From Nanobdellota archaeon (lineage in GTDB: Archaea > Nanobdellota > Nanobdellia > Woesearchaeales > GW2011-AR4), in the NCBI GenBank assembly GCA_038046385.1, contig JBBSWH010000011.1, positions 71,815 through 135,814 on the forward strand: 64,000 nt of DNA, read 5' to 3'. The notes under the pieces are model-generated. The model did no database searches and was not told the origin of the DNA. It saw nothing but the letters and a program-made list of their open reading frames with translations. Of this stretch, positions 8,294 through 17,174 are shown piece by piece (position 1 is the first letter of the stretch; each line of letters begins with the position of its first letter). The translations under genes were made by a program, and so were the position numbers.

Positions 8294-10834
8294 CTACATG
8301 CAAAGGCCCCATCCGCATCCGGGACAGTGCAGGCATCCTTCTTTTATCTCAACTTTTGCGCCGCATTCAGGGCAGTTTTTGATTGTAGTCTTTGTCATTG
8401 GAGCAGATACTTTGTCTGCAAACACAAGGTTTCCGGATTCCTTAACAGCAGCCTGCTGTACTGGAATTGCTTGTGGAGCTGGCTTTGCTTCTTTCTCCTC
8501 CCTTGCTTTTGGCGCAACCAATACCTGATCCTTGATGCTGGAATCCCTGAACACTGTGACATCTTTGCATCCAATCTTGTAAGCCAGTATGAAACTTTGC
8601 CTCATATCTTCAAGAGTTGCATCTGCAGGGAAATTATTTGTCTTTGAGATGCTTGAGTCTACCCATCTTTGGAAAGATGCCAATGCCATTATATGCTCTT
8701 CAGGAGTTATGTCCATTGCAGTCACAAGCGCTTTTTTTATGTGCTCTGGCACATAATCGAGGCTTTGTATGCTTCCCTTGTTTTGGTTAATATCTTCCAT
8801 TACTTTATCGTTCAGCAAGCCTTCTTCTCTTAAGACCTTTTCTCCTGCAGGGTCAATGTAGAAGAATTTTCCAACAGCAACGTTTTTTTCATAAACAAGG
8901 CTGTAGACCGGTTCCATTCCAGATGAACAGCCAGCTATCATTGAGATGCTTCCGGTTGGCGCAATTATTGTAGTGTATCCATTTCTTATGCCATACTTCT
9001 TCATGTCGTTGCTTATCTTTTCCCAGTTTAATTTTGCATTCCCTCTGTATGGGCCGCTTATTGGATGCCTGCCCTGCTTGTAGAAGCTCTTGTCATAGTA
9101 AGGCAAGTTCCCTCTTGCTTTCGCAAGCTCTATGCTTTCAACCTTGCTCCAGTAAGCAACAAACTCCATAAGCTGTTCCATAAAATTCCTTCCTTCCTCT
9201 GAATTGAACGGAAGCTTTAGTTCATAAAGCAGATTTGCAACTCCCATAACTCCAAGGCCAACTTTCCTTGTCGAAAGGCTCATCTCTTCTATAGCTTTCA
9301 ATGGGAAATTGTTAACATCAATCACATTATCAAGGAACCTTGTTGAGCTCATTACAACTTCTTTCAATGCATCCCAGTCAACTGTCGTTTGGCCATGCTC
9401 ATCCATTCTTGCAAATGCCCATACATTGATTGATCCAAGGTTGCATGGCTCATTCGGATACAAAAGAACTTCTCCGCAAGGGTTTGTTGTTACGATTGGC
9501 CCAAGATGCTCAAAGAACGGGTTGTATTCGTTTACTTTATCGTAGAAAATAACTCCCGGTTCAGCAGATTCCCATGCCTGATAAACAATTTTGTCAAACA
9601 ATACTCTTGGGTTAACTGTCTTTACAATCTTGCCGTCTTTCGGATTAACCAATGGGTACGGCTCGTTCTTTTCATAGTGTTCCCAGAAATCTGGCATTAT
9701 CAAGACGCTTATGTTAAAGTTCCTCAATGCTTTGTTTCCGTCTTTTGCTGTTATGAACTTCTCAATGTCAGGATGATTTGAGTTAAGGATGCCCATATTG
9801 GCGCCTCTTCTTATACCCCCTTGTTTGATGACTTCTGTCATTGTATCAAACAGCCTCATGAAGCTTAATGGGCCTGATGCTGTTCCGCCTGTTGAAGAAA
9901 CAAAATCTCCCTCTGGCCTTAATTTTGAAAAATTGTAGCCCATTCCTCCGCCAGCTTTGAATACTATTGCTGTATTCTTTAGAGTCTCCATTATGCCATC
10001 TATACTATCTGGCACATCAAGAACAAAGCATGCGCTTCCCATTCCCAATGGATTTCCAAAATTTGCAATTGCAGGAGTATTCGGCATGAATAGCTTCTGT
10101 GTCATAAGATTGTACAGTTCATCCAGATTTTTTTCATAATTGTCAAAGTCGCCTTTCTTAATCATGTCAAAAAATTTGCTCCACGTTACTTTCATCTGCT
10201 TGTTTCTGTTAAAGCGGTCATACATCCTCTTCACAGCTTCAAGATGGTATCTGTTCAGCTTGTACTTTCCAACACCATACTGGTTTTCATGCACAGCTGG
10301 CCTAAACTCTTCAACAATGTTGGTCTGCTGCTGGCCGCTTATGTCAAAAACTTTTGAATCATAGAATAAATCAGGAAGTGCAGCATGCACAGCTACCCTT
10401 GTGAAAAGCTGTTTTGGAGTTTCAATCAGCTTGCCTGTTGCATCCCTTCTCAAGTATCTTGCTTTTAGGACTCTTAGAGCATTAACATCAAACTTCTTGT
10501 CAACTTCATCCACTTCTTCCTTTTCAAGCACAATCTGCTTTTCTTTCCTAACAGCAGCTCTCTGTTCCCTATAAAGTATGAATGCTTTTGCTGTTGTTGC
10601 ATGCCCTTCTTCCATAAGCACTTTTTCAACAGTGTCCTGGATTTCTTCAACAGAAGGGGTTGTTTTTAATGCTTCCAGCCTTTGCATGACTATATTACTA
10701 AGCTGCTGCGCTAATTTTCGGTCTTTTCCGCCAACTGACTGGGCCGCTTTCCATATTACATTTGTAATTTTTGACTGATTGAATGAAACTACGCTACCGT
10801 CCCTTTTCTTTATCCTAGAAATTTTTGATTCCAT
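8294..10834 (-). CDS. nrdJ: Class II ribonucleotide reductase with N-terminal ATP cone and C-terminal Zn-ribbon/Cys tail (ORF track start 10882)
   Basis: IKKRDG ATP cone, SACFV, KQGGIRRGANM, TNPCGE, CNLGS, IAPTGSIS, CPECG..CPGCGWGLC; GGAGGG RBS before the ATG at 10834. Confidence 0.96.
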   Translation of the reverse strand: MESKISRIKKRDGSVVSFNQSKITNVIWKAAQSVGGKDRKLAQQLSNIVMQRLEALKTTPSVEEIQDTVEKVLMEEGHATTAKAFILYREQRAAVRKEKQIVLEKEEVDEVDKKFDVNALRVLKARYLRRDATGKLIETPKQLFTRVAVHAALPDLFYDSKVFDISGQQQTNIVEEFRPAVHENQYGVGKYKLNRYHLEAVKRMYDRFNRNKQMKVTWSKFFDMIKKGDFDNYEKNLDELYNLMTQKLFMPNTPAIANFGNPLGMGSACFVLDVPDSIDGIMETLKNTAIVFKAGGGMGYNFSKLRPEGDFVSSTGGTASGPLSFMRLFDTMTEVIKQGGIRRGANMGILNSNHPDIEKFITAKDGNKALRNFNISVLIMPDFWEHYEKNEPYPLVNPKDGKIVKTVNPRVLFDKIVYQAWESAEPGVIFYDKVNEYNPFFEHLGPIVTTNPCGEVLLYPNEPCNLGSINVWAFARMDEHGQTTVDWDALKEVVMSSTRFLDNVIDVNNFPLKAIEEMSLSTRKVGLGVMGVANLLYELKLPFNSEEGRNFMEQLMEFVAYWSKVESIELAKARGNLPYYDKSFYKQGRHPISGPYRGNAKLNWEKISNDMKKYGIRNGYTTIIAPTGSISMIAGCSSGMEPVYSLVYEKNVAVGKFFYIDPAGEKVLREEGLLNDKVMEDINQNKGSIQSLDYVPEHIKKALVTAMDITPEEHIMALASFQRWVDSSISKTNNFPADATLEDMRQSFILAYKIGCKDVTVFRDSSIKDQVLVAPKAREEKEAKPAPQAIPVQQAAVKESGNLVFADKVSAPMTKTTIKNCPECGAKVEIKEGCLHCPGCGWGLCM

Positions 10835-10895
10835 ATTTATCTGACCCTCCTTCGGCAAAATCTTATTTTCGCTTATTTTCACTACTTTATCGAAA

Positions 10896-10943
10896 CCACA
10901 ATAGGTAGTATGTATGATGACGTCTGCATACTACAGGTAGTGG
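10896..10943. promoter_or_regulatory. Tandem NrdR-box-like operators
   Basis: ccACAATAggTAGTat (10896) and atACTAcAggTAGTGg (10928), starts 32 bp apart, between the TATA (10961-10970, minus) and nrdJ. Confidence 0.7.
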
Positions 10944-11019
10944 TTTTTTAACGCTGACCTAATATTTAAAGATTGTGTTTTTATTGTAACAATTGACTTA
11001 AAAATTTTATATAAATTAT

Positions 11020-11172
11020 AAATAACGCAGACTTGTTACTCTATATACATTTACAACAAGTCTGCGGGATTGTAAATTTATCGTGGAACAAAGTTCCGCG
11101 GATATCCGCTGAGCTTTGCTCAGCGAATACATGCAAAATCATTGGGTTTTTATACCCATGAATTTACAATAA
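11020..11172 (+). repeat. Dispersed double-hairpin element, family B, copy 3 (inverted, with extra nested hairpins)
   Basis: AAATAACGCAGACTTGTT..AACAAGTCTGCGGG-ATTGTAAATT..AATTTACAATAA. Confidence 0.85.
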
Positions 11173-11262
11173 ACTTCATAATACTTTTAAATCAAGAATT
11201 TGTAGTTGCTTTCCCTTTAAAAATCTTAGGCAAGCATGTCCAGTGGTTTTTATATGTAGCCT

Positions 11263-11384
11263 CAAAGTTAGCATCAATATGCGAAGGCATTTTATTTATC
11301 CAGCTAATATGGCAGGGGGAAGCCCCTTACGGGGATGCCATATAATCTAAACCCTGTAGACAGCCTGAGCCGATGCTAACTTTG
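11263..11384 (+). ncRNA. Candidate structured ncRNA/DNA element, family A, divergent copy
   Basis: 13-bp terminal IR CAAAGTTAGCATC/GATGCTAACTTTG, GC-GA-AGGC/GCCT-GA-GC, inner ATGGCA/TGCCAT stem with a purine bulge and a CCCC/GGGG hairpin. Confidence 0.6.
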
Positions 11385-11460
11385 GCAAATCCATGCCAAA
11401 CGTTTATAAACCGATAAAAATACCAAAATACGTTACAAAATTCTTATTTTGTGCTTGACA

Positions 11461-12000
11461 ATGAGAACAATAAACGCAAAAGGACATGAATTTATATCGC
11501 ATCCGGTTAGGGACTCCTATGACAGAAGAGCGCAGCAGTTCAAAAACAAGATAATTTTGGCATTGGGAAAAATTGGATTGACAGAAGATGATGTTGAAAT
11601 AGATCTTGAGCCTTCGGCTGTTAAATCAGCGCCTGCATCTGCAGCGTGGTACATGGAAGGGCATTATATGCATTACAGCCACAATTCACCAAGAAAATAC
11701 GTTGAAAACCTTTCTGTTGTGCTAAAAGTGATTGAGCTTGAAGTTGATGCACTTATTCATGGGCGCAAGACAATACGGGATTTCATCACAGAATTCTCTG
11801 AAGACAAAGAAGTCGAAAAGCTAAGGAAAGAAGCGCGCGAGGTGCTTGGGATTGGCGAAGATGTGCATGACCTTAACTTAATTGATGCAAACTACAAAGC
11901 GCTTGCCAAGAAACACCATCCTGACATGCCTGATGGAGATATTGTAAAGTTCAAAGAAATCAACCACGCGCATAAGATACTAAAGAGAGAGTTGCAGTAA
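11461..12000 (+). CDS. Protein with C-terminal DnaJ (J) domain
   Basis: AREVLGI..YKALAKKHHPD..FKEINHAH; ATG at 11461. Confidence 0.85.
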   Translation: MRTINAKGHEFISHPVRDSYDRRAQQFKNKIILALGKIGLTEDDVEIDLEPSAVKSAPASAAWYMEGHYMHYSHNSPRKYVENLSVVLKVIELEVDALIHGRKTIRDFITEFSEDKEVEKLRKEAREVLGIGEDVHDLNLIDANYKALAKKHHPDMPDGDIVKFKEINHAHKILKRELQ

Positions 12001-12145
12001 CTGTATTTTTCTGGATTGAGTTTAACATAGTGGGTGATTGTTCGTTTTTGTAAAGGCTGGCTTTTGTATTGTAGTATCTTTAGAGTAGTAAACAACCAAA
12101 ACGTTTAAATACTTGCCATTTACTCTATATTTTAGGTGAATTGAT

Positions 12146-12502
12146 ATGGACGAAAATTTATCTGTTGAACAAAGGATAGCAAGATTCTTAGAAGCAAACG
12201 ATATTACTATTATTCCCGTAAATGGGGGCGATGGAATAGAAATATTAGAGTTTGTACAACATATGACTGGCGGGACGACAAGAGAATTAGGTGGAATATT
12301 CTATAATCGTGACGTAGGAATGACACAAGCAGCCGATGTTCCTCGTCTAGGGCAGTGCCTTCAACTCCCAGAATTTGTTGCTGAAGTTAGAAGGCCAATG
12401 TCACAACTTTTAGCACAAGTCAAGGGTGACTTTTATGCTGATCAATTAGGACCAATACATGATGCTTGTGACAAAGTAGAAGCAAAGTATGCAGGAAGAT
12501 AA
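12146..12502 (+). CDS. Orphan hypothetical protein
   Basis: 118-aa ORF with TTTAAATA box and AGGTGA RBS upstream. Confidence 0.7.
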   Translation: MDENLSVEQRIARFLEANDITIIPVNGGDGIEILEFVQHMTGGTTRELGGIFYNRDVGMTQAADVPRLGQCLQLPEFVAEVRRPMSQLLAQVKGDFYADQLGPIHDACDKVEAKYAGR

Positions 12503-12619
12503 GGCACCTGTTTTTTCTTATTATTTTCAAATTTATATGAAATTCTGCTTTATTTTAATTCAGCTGCCAATTACAATTAACATTTTTTTGATGCAGTTAA
12601 ATCAGCCTAACTATTAGAA

Positions 12620-14155
12620 TCACTCAACAATCTTCCCTAACTTGCTTAACTCCTCCCCCTCAAACATCCTTATAATCACGTCTTTCAGTTCAGTAATCTT
12701 AACGCGAGCTTGTTCTGTTGTATCTCTAGACCTTATCGTAACAGTCTCATCTTCCAAACCTTCAAAATCTATCGTAATACAGGCATAAGCTCCAATCTCA
12801 TCCATTCTTGCGTACCTTCTTCCGATTGAGCCGGAAACGTCAAAAGAGCAAGTCCATTCTTTCTTGAGCATGTTATAGACTTCTCTTGCCTTGTCAACAA
12901 CTTCTTTCTTGTTAGACACAAGTGGAAACACTCCTAATTTGACAGGCGCTAATTTAGGATGAAGTTTTAAAACAACATTCTCCCTTGACTTGTCAAAATG
13001 ATAAGCGTCAAACAAGAACACAAGGAAAGCCCTTTCAACACCCATCGAAGGCTCGCAGATTACATGCGGAATTATCTTTTTCTTTGTTTCCTCATCAAAT
13101 ATTGAAAGATCAGTTTTTGAATGCTCAATATGCTGCTTCAAATCAAAATCCGTTCTATTACTTAACCCTTGTAATTCTTTCCACCCAAAAGGAAATTCGT
13201 ATTCCAAATCCCAAGTATCAAGAGCATAATGCGATAATTCATCATGAACATGCTGCCTTATCCTGAAATGATCCGGTTTGACTCCAAGATTTACAAACCA
13301 CTGGTGCATTGATGCCAGCCAGTAAGCGTGCCACTTTGTTTTTATTATCTTCTTAGACAAGCATTCTTTGATTGACATTTTTTCATGTTTCTTGCCATGA
13401 CCCTGCATCTCTGCAGAATAAACATTCATTTCATGGTCAATTACATCATCAATGAAAGCGCATTCGTTTTGCTTTTCCGGATGAACAAAATATTCTATCT
13501 CCATCTGCTCAAATTCTCTCATTCTAAAGAGAAAATCTCTAGGAGAAATTTCATTTCTGAAGGATTTTCCGATTTGCGCAATTCCAAACGGAAGCTTCAT
13601 CCGTGCATTTTCCTGCACCAGTTTGAAATTTGCAAAAATAACCTGTGCAGTTTCAGGACGAAGATAAGCAACAGAACCGGAAACAGGACCGACATTCGTG
13701 GAGAACATCAAATTGAACATCTTTGGCTCTCCAAGTTCTGCATTGCCGCACTTTGTACACCTTAATTTGTGCTCTTTTATTTTTGAATCCATATCTGAAA
13801 TAGACATTCCTGCTGTCTCTATCTTCAGCTTGTCCTCTATCAAAGTGTCTGCCCTAAAACGTGCATTGCACTTCTTGCAGTCAACCAGCACATCTGTGAA
13901 TCCATCAACGTGACCGGAAGCTTTCCACACAGTCGGATGGTTTACAATACTTCCGTCAATTCCGGCAATATCTTCCCTTTCCTGAACAAAAATCTTCCAC
14001 CACTGCTGCTTGATGTTGTTTTTTAATTCAACGCCCAGATGACCAAAATCATAGAATCCCGATATGCCGCCGTAAATCTCAGAGTTTGGATACACAAATC
14101 CCTTTCTCTTGCAAAAAACAGCCATATCATCAATTGTAAGCTTTTGCTTTTCCAT
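12620..14155 (-). CDS. glyS: Glycine--tRNA ligase (alpha2, archaeal/eukaryotic type)
   Basis: LRPETAQ, FRNEISPR, FEQMEIEYF, IEPSxG-like motif, SIGRRYARMDEIG. Confidence 0.97.
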   Translation of the reverse strand: MEKQKLTIDDMAVFCKRKGFVYPNSEIYGGISGFYDFGHLGVELKNNIKQQWWKIFVQEREDIAGIDGSIVNHPTVWKASGHVDGFTDVLVDCKKCNARFRADTLIEDKLKIETAGMSISDMDSKIKEHKLRCTKCGNAELGEPKMFNLMFSTNVGPVSGSVAYLRPETAQVIFANFKLVQENARMKLPFGIAQIGKSFRNEISPRDFLFRMREFEQMEIEYFVHPEKQNECAFIDDVIDHEMNVYSAEMQGHGKKHEKMSIKECLSKKIIKTKWHAYWLASMHQWFVNLGVKPDHFRIRQHVHDELSHYALDTWDLEYEFPFGWKELQGLSNRTDFDLKQHIEHSKTDLSIFDEETKKKIIPHVICEPSMGVERAFLVFLFDAYHFDKSRENVVLKLHPKLAPVKLGVFPLVSNKKEVVDKAREVYNMLKKEWTCSFDVSGSIGRRYARMDEIGAYACITIDFEGLEDETVTIRSRDTTEQARVKITELKDVIIRMFEGEELSKLGKIVE

Positions 14156-14194
14156 AATATAGAAAAATAATTAATTGGCTTATAAAATTTTGCT

Positions 14195-15124
14195 TTAAAC
14201 AGCGCTTTTCTCATGATTCAATTCTCTGTAAGACATCCAGAAGAAATAACCCACTATTGTAAAAGTAACGACTGGCGAAAACCATGAAGGAATGTGCTTC
14301 CCGAAGCTGTCAAGAAGCATTATCATTCCCAAGGCGAATATCGAGTACATCGCCCCGTTCTTCAGGTATTTGTATTTTTTGACATTTTCTATGTTGCTTA
14401 CTGTTAATTGTCTTACAACCAAAGCGCCTATCCCATTTCCTATTAATATCAGCGGTATTGACAAAGTAAATGCAAAAGCGCCAAGTATCCCGTCTATTGA
14501 AAATGTTGCGTCTATAACTTCAAGATAAAGTATCTTGCTTAAATCACTCATCTTGTTGCCTTCAATCATCCTTTTCTCAGCCTGCTCTGCATTCTCCTTG
14601 AAGCCGTGCGTTATGAAAAAAGCAGTCGAGCCGACAACAGCGCCAAATGCCATGAAAGGATTTTTTTCCATTGAAAACCACACAATTGCTGTCAAGATTA
14701 CAGAAACAACTGCAAAAAACCACACTCCCTGTTTGTGAATAAATCTTTCTCCCTGCAGCCCATAATGCTTTTCCTCAAGGAAAATCCAGTGGAAAAACAA
14801 GAATACCAGGAATGTGCCTCCTCCTGTCAGTAATATGGGAGACGACGCTTCTATGACCTCGGCTATATGAGGATCTCCGGAAAATGAGGCTGTAAACGCT
14901 TCTATCGGGCCTATCCCTGGCGTGCTTAGCCATACAATAAGCCAAGGCAACACCCCTCTGACAAGAAAAACTGCAATCAGTATTCCCCAGAGAAGAAACC
15001 ATTTTCTTCCTTTTTTGGACATTGTGCCGAGAACTTCAGCGTTTATTATTGCGTTGTCCACGCTGATTATTACTTCAAAGAGGATTAATCCTCCAACTAT
15101 AAATAATGCCGAAAAAAGGTCCAT
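14195..15124 (-). CDS. TerC-family (DUF475-like) membrane protein
   Basis: EVIISVDNAIINA, YLEVIDATFSIDG, YLKNGAMYSI. Confidence 0.85.
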   Translation of the reverse strand: MDLFSALFIVGGLILFEVIISVDNAIINAEVLGTMSKKGRKWFLLWGILIAVFLVRGVLPWLIVWLSTPGIGPIEAFTASFSGDPHIAEVIEASSPILLTGGGTFLVFLFFHWIFLEEKHYGLQGERFIHKQGVWFFAVVSVILTAIVWFSMEKNPFMAFGAVVGSTAFFITHGFKENAEQAEKRMIEGNKMSDLSKILYLEVIDATFSIDGILGAFAFTLSIPLILIGNGIGALVVRQLTVSNIENVKKYKYLKNGAMYSIFALGMIMLLDSFGKHIPSWFSPVVTFTIVGYFFWMSYRELNHEKSAV

Positions 15125-15202
15125 TTTTACATAATAATTATTTTAATTTAAAAGTGTTTTGTTTTCAATAACTTAATAAAACCGTAAATCTTCCTTTCTA
15201 AT

Positions 15203-16417
15203 ATGCATCCTTTTACTCATAAATACAGGCCAAAGAATACAAAAGATATAATTGGCCAGGAAGAGAATTTAACCCAGTTAAGGGATTTTATTTTAAATTT
15301 CACAAAACACAAAAAGAATTCTGCATTTGTTTACGGTCCAAGCGGAACAGGAAAAACCTCATCGGTTTATGCGATTGCATCTGACCTGGGCCTGGAAATA
15401 ATTGAAGTCAACGCATCTGATTTCAGAAATGCAGATCAGGTAAACCAGAAAGTTGGCAACGCAATAAAGCAGCAAAGCCTTTTTGCAAAAAGCAAATTAA
15501 TTCTTGTTGACGAAGTTGACGGGCTATCAGGCCATCAGGACAGGGGAGGAATTCAGGCAATCATAAAACTGATAGAAGAATCAAAATATCCTATAATTCT
15601 CACTGCAACAAACCCTTTTGACAACAAATTTTCATCATTAAGATCAAAATCCCTGATGGTTGAATTCAAAGGCCATGATTACATGTCAATCTTTGCAATT
15701 CTAAAAAACATTTGCGAAAAGGAAAAAATAAAGCATGATGATGAAACTTTAAAATCACTTTCAAGAAGATCAGGCGGAGACGCACGCGCTGCAATCAACG
15801 ATTTGCAGAACATTGCAAATGAAAAAAAAGAGCTGGTTAAGGAAAGCATTTTGGAATTAGAGGACAGGCAGAAGACCGAAAACATAATGACTGCACTGAA
15901 TAAAATTTTTAAGACAACAGATCTGAAAATTGCAATTTCTGCGTTTGACAATGTTGACGAAGATTTAGACGAGCAATTATTGTGGATAGACGAGAATCTG
16001 CCGAAAGAATACACAAAAGCAAAAGACCTTGCAGAAGCATACGATAAATTAAGCAAAGCCGATGTCTTCAGCAGAAGGATCAGGAGATGGCAGCACTGGA
16101 GATTTCTTGTTTACATCAATGCTTTGATAACCGCTGGAATCGCTTCTTCAAAAGATGAGCGCTACAAGGAGCTTGTTTCATATAAACCAACAGGAAGAAT
16201 CTTGAAATTGTGGTGGGCAAAGCAGAAGGCCGCAAAGAAAAAAAGCATTGCAGAGAAGATTGGGACAAAGACGCACGCGTCAACAAAAGACACTTTGAAA
16301 AGCACAATGCCTTACCTTCCAGTAATGTTCAGAAACAAGGAAATGAAATCTCAGCTGATACATGAGCTTGAGCTTGACGACGAAGAAGTTGAATGGCTTG
16401 AGAAGCAGATAAAATGA
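15203..16417 (+). CDS. rfcL: Replication factor C large subunit
   Basis: KYRPK, GPSGTGKT, EVNASD, DEVDG, GDARAAINDLQ, WIDEN. Confidence 0.95.
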   Translation: MHPFTHKYRPKNTKDIIGQEENLTQLRDFILNFTKHKKNSAFVYGPSGTGKTSSVYAIASDLGLEIIEVNASDFRNADQVNQKVGNAIKQQSLFAKSKLILVDEVDGLSGHQDRGGIQAIIKLIEESKYPIILTATNPFDNKFSSLRSKSLMVEFKGHDYMSIFAILKNICEKEKIKHDDETLKSLSRRSGGDARAAINDLQNIANEKKELVKESILELEDRQKTENIMTALNKIFKTTDLKIAISAFDNVDEDLDEQLLWIDENLPKEYTKAKDLAEAYDKLSKADVFSRRIRRWQHWRFLVYINALITAGIASSKDERYKELVSYKPTGRILKLWWAKQKAAKKKSIAEKIGTKTHASTKDTLKSTMPYLPVMFRNKEMKSQLIHELELDDEEVEWLEKQIK

Positions 16418-16749
16418 AATTCATAACATCGGAAGAGCTTGCAAATTCAAAAGATAAAAATTTATTTCTTTTGGACATAAGGGACGATGACACATATTCT
16501 GATGGCCACATTGAAAACTCTTTGCAGATTGACGTCTACATTGAGTTAAAGTTAGGAAACATAAAAAAAGTAAAAGAAAAGTTTTCACACCTTCCAAAAA
16601 ACAAGACAATAATCACAATTTGCAACGCAGGAATCACAGCGCAAAAAGCTTCTGCAGTTCTTGAAGAAATGGGATACAAAACAAAAGTCCTTGAAGGCGG
16701 GATGATGGCATGGGGCGGGAATAATCCTGTAAAGACCGGGTTTAAGTGA
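16414..16749 (+). CDS. Rhodanese-like domain protein
   Basis: LLDIR, GHIENS, ICNAG active-site Cys, LEGGMMAW. Confidence 0.9.
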   Translation: MKFITSEELANSKDKNLFLLDIRDDDTYSDGHIENSLQIDVYIELKLGNIKKVKEKFSHLPKNKTIITICNAGITAQKASAVLEEMGYKTKVLEGGMMAWGGNNPVKTGFK

Positions 16750-16800
16750 AGTTTTGGATAAGCTAATTAAAGAAATAATCAAATCTGGATTGTTGATACA

Positions 16801-17115
16801 TCAAGCAATAATGCTTTTAGATAATGCCCAATTTATAGTTTTTAAAAGTGATAATCTCTGTGCTTCAGCGGCGCTAAGGGCTGTTGGATTAGACTCGCTC
16901 TCATTAACAGCGCGCTCAAGTTCTCCAAAATCAACTTCAGTGCCGGGCTTTATATCAAAAACAAACATTAAGGTTCTTTGTTCAGGAGTATACTTTCTCA
17001 ATAAATGCCCAAATTTTATAACATAATCCATATCCTGGGACCTCCCGTATGGTGATGGTGCATCTGATGTTGTTACATTTGGCGTTGTCATACCTTCAGG
17101 GTAATCATATTTCAT
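16801..17115 (-). CDS. Orphan hypothetical protein
   Basis: 104-aa ORF filling the gap between the rhodanese gene and valS. Confidence 0.6.
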   Translation of the reverse strand: MKYDYPEGMTTPNVTTSDAPSPYGRSQDMDYVIKFGHLLRKYTPEQRTLMFVFDIKPGTEVDFGELERAVNESESNPTALSAAEAQRLSLLKTINWALSKSIIA

Positions 17116-17174
17116 TTATAAATCTAACTTTTAGAAACAATAAAATTAAAAACCGCCAATGTAAACTTCTGTTT

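Noticed and set aside
11142-11345. 67-aa ORF
   Set aside because: Runs across two structured non-coding elements; no RBS or recognisable motif
11290-11375. c-di-GMP-I or cobalamin riboswitch upstream of nrdJ or the J-domain gene
   Set aside because: TCTAAA..TAGACAGCC..GCCGA loosely resembles the c-di-GMP-I 3' half, but the GGCAAA/GAAA/CGCAAAGC parts and the B12 box are absent; the region fits family A better
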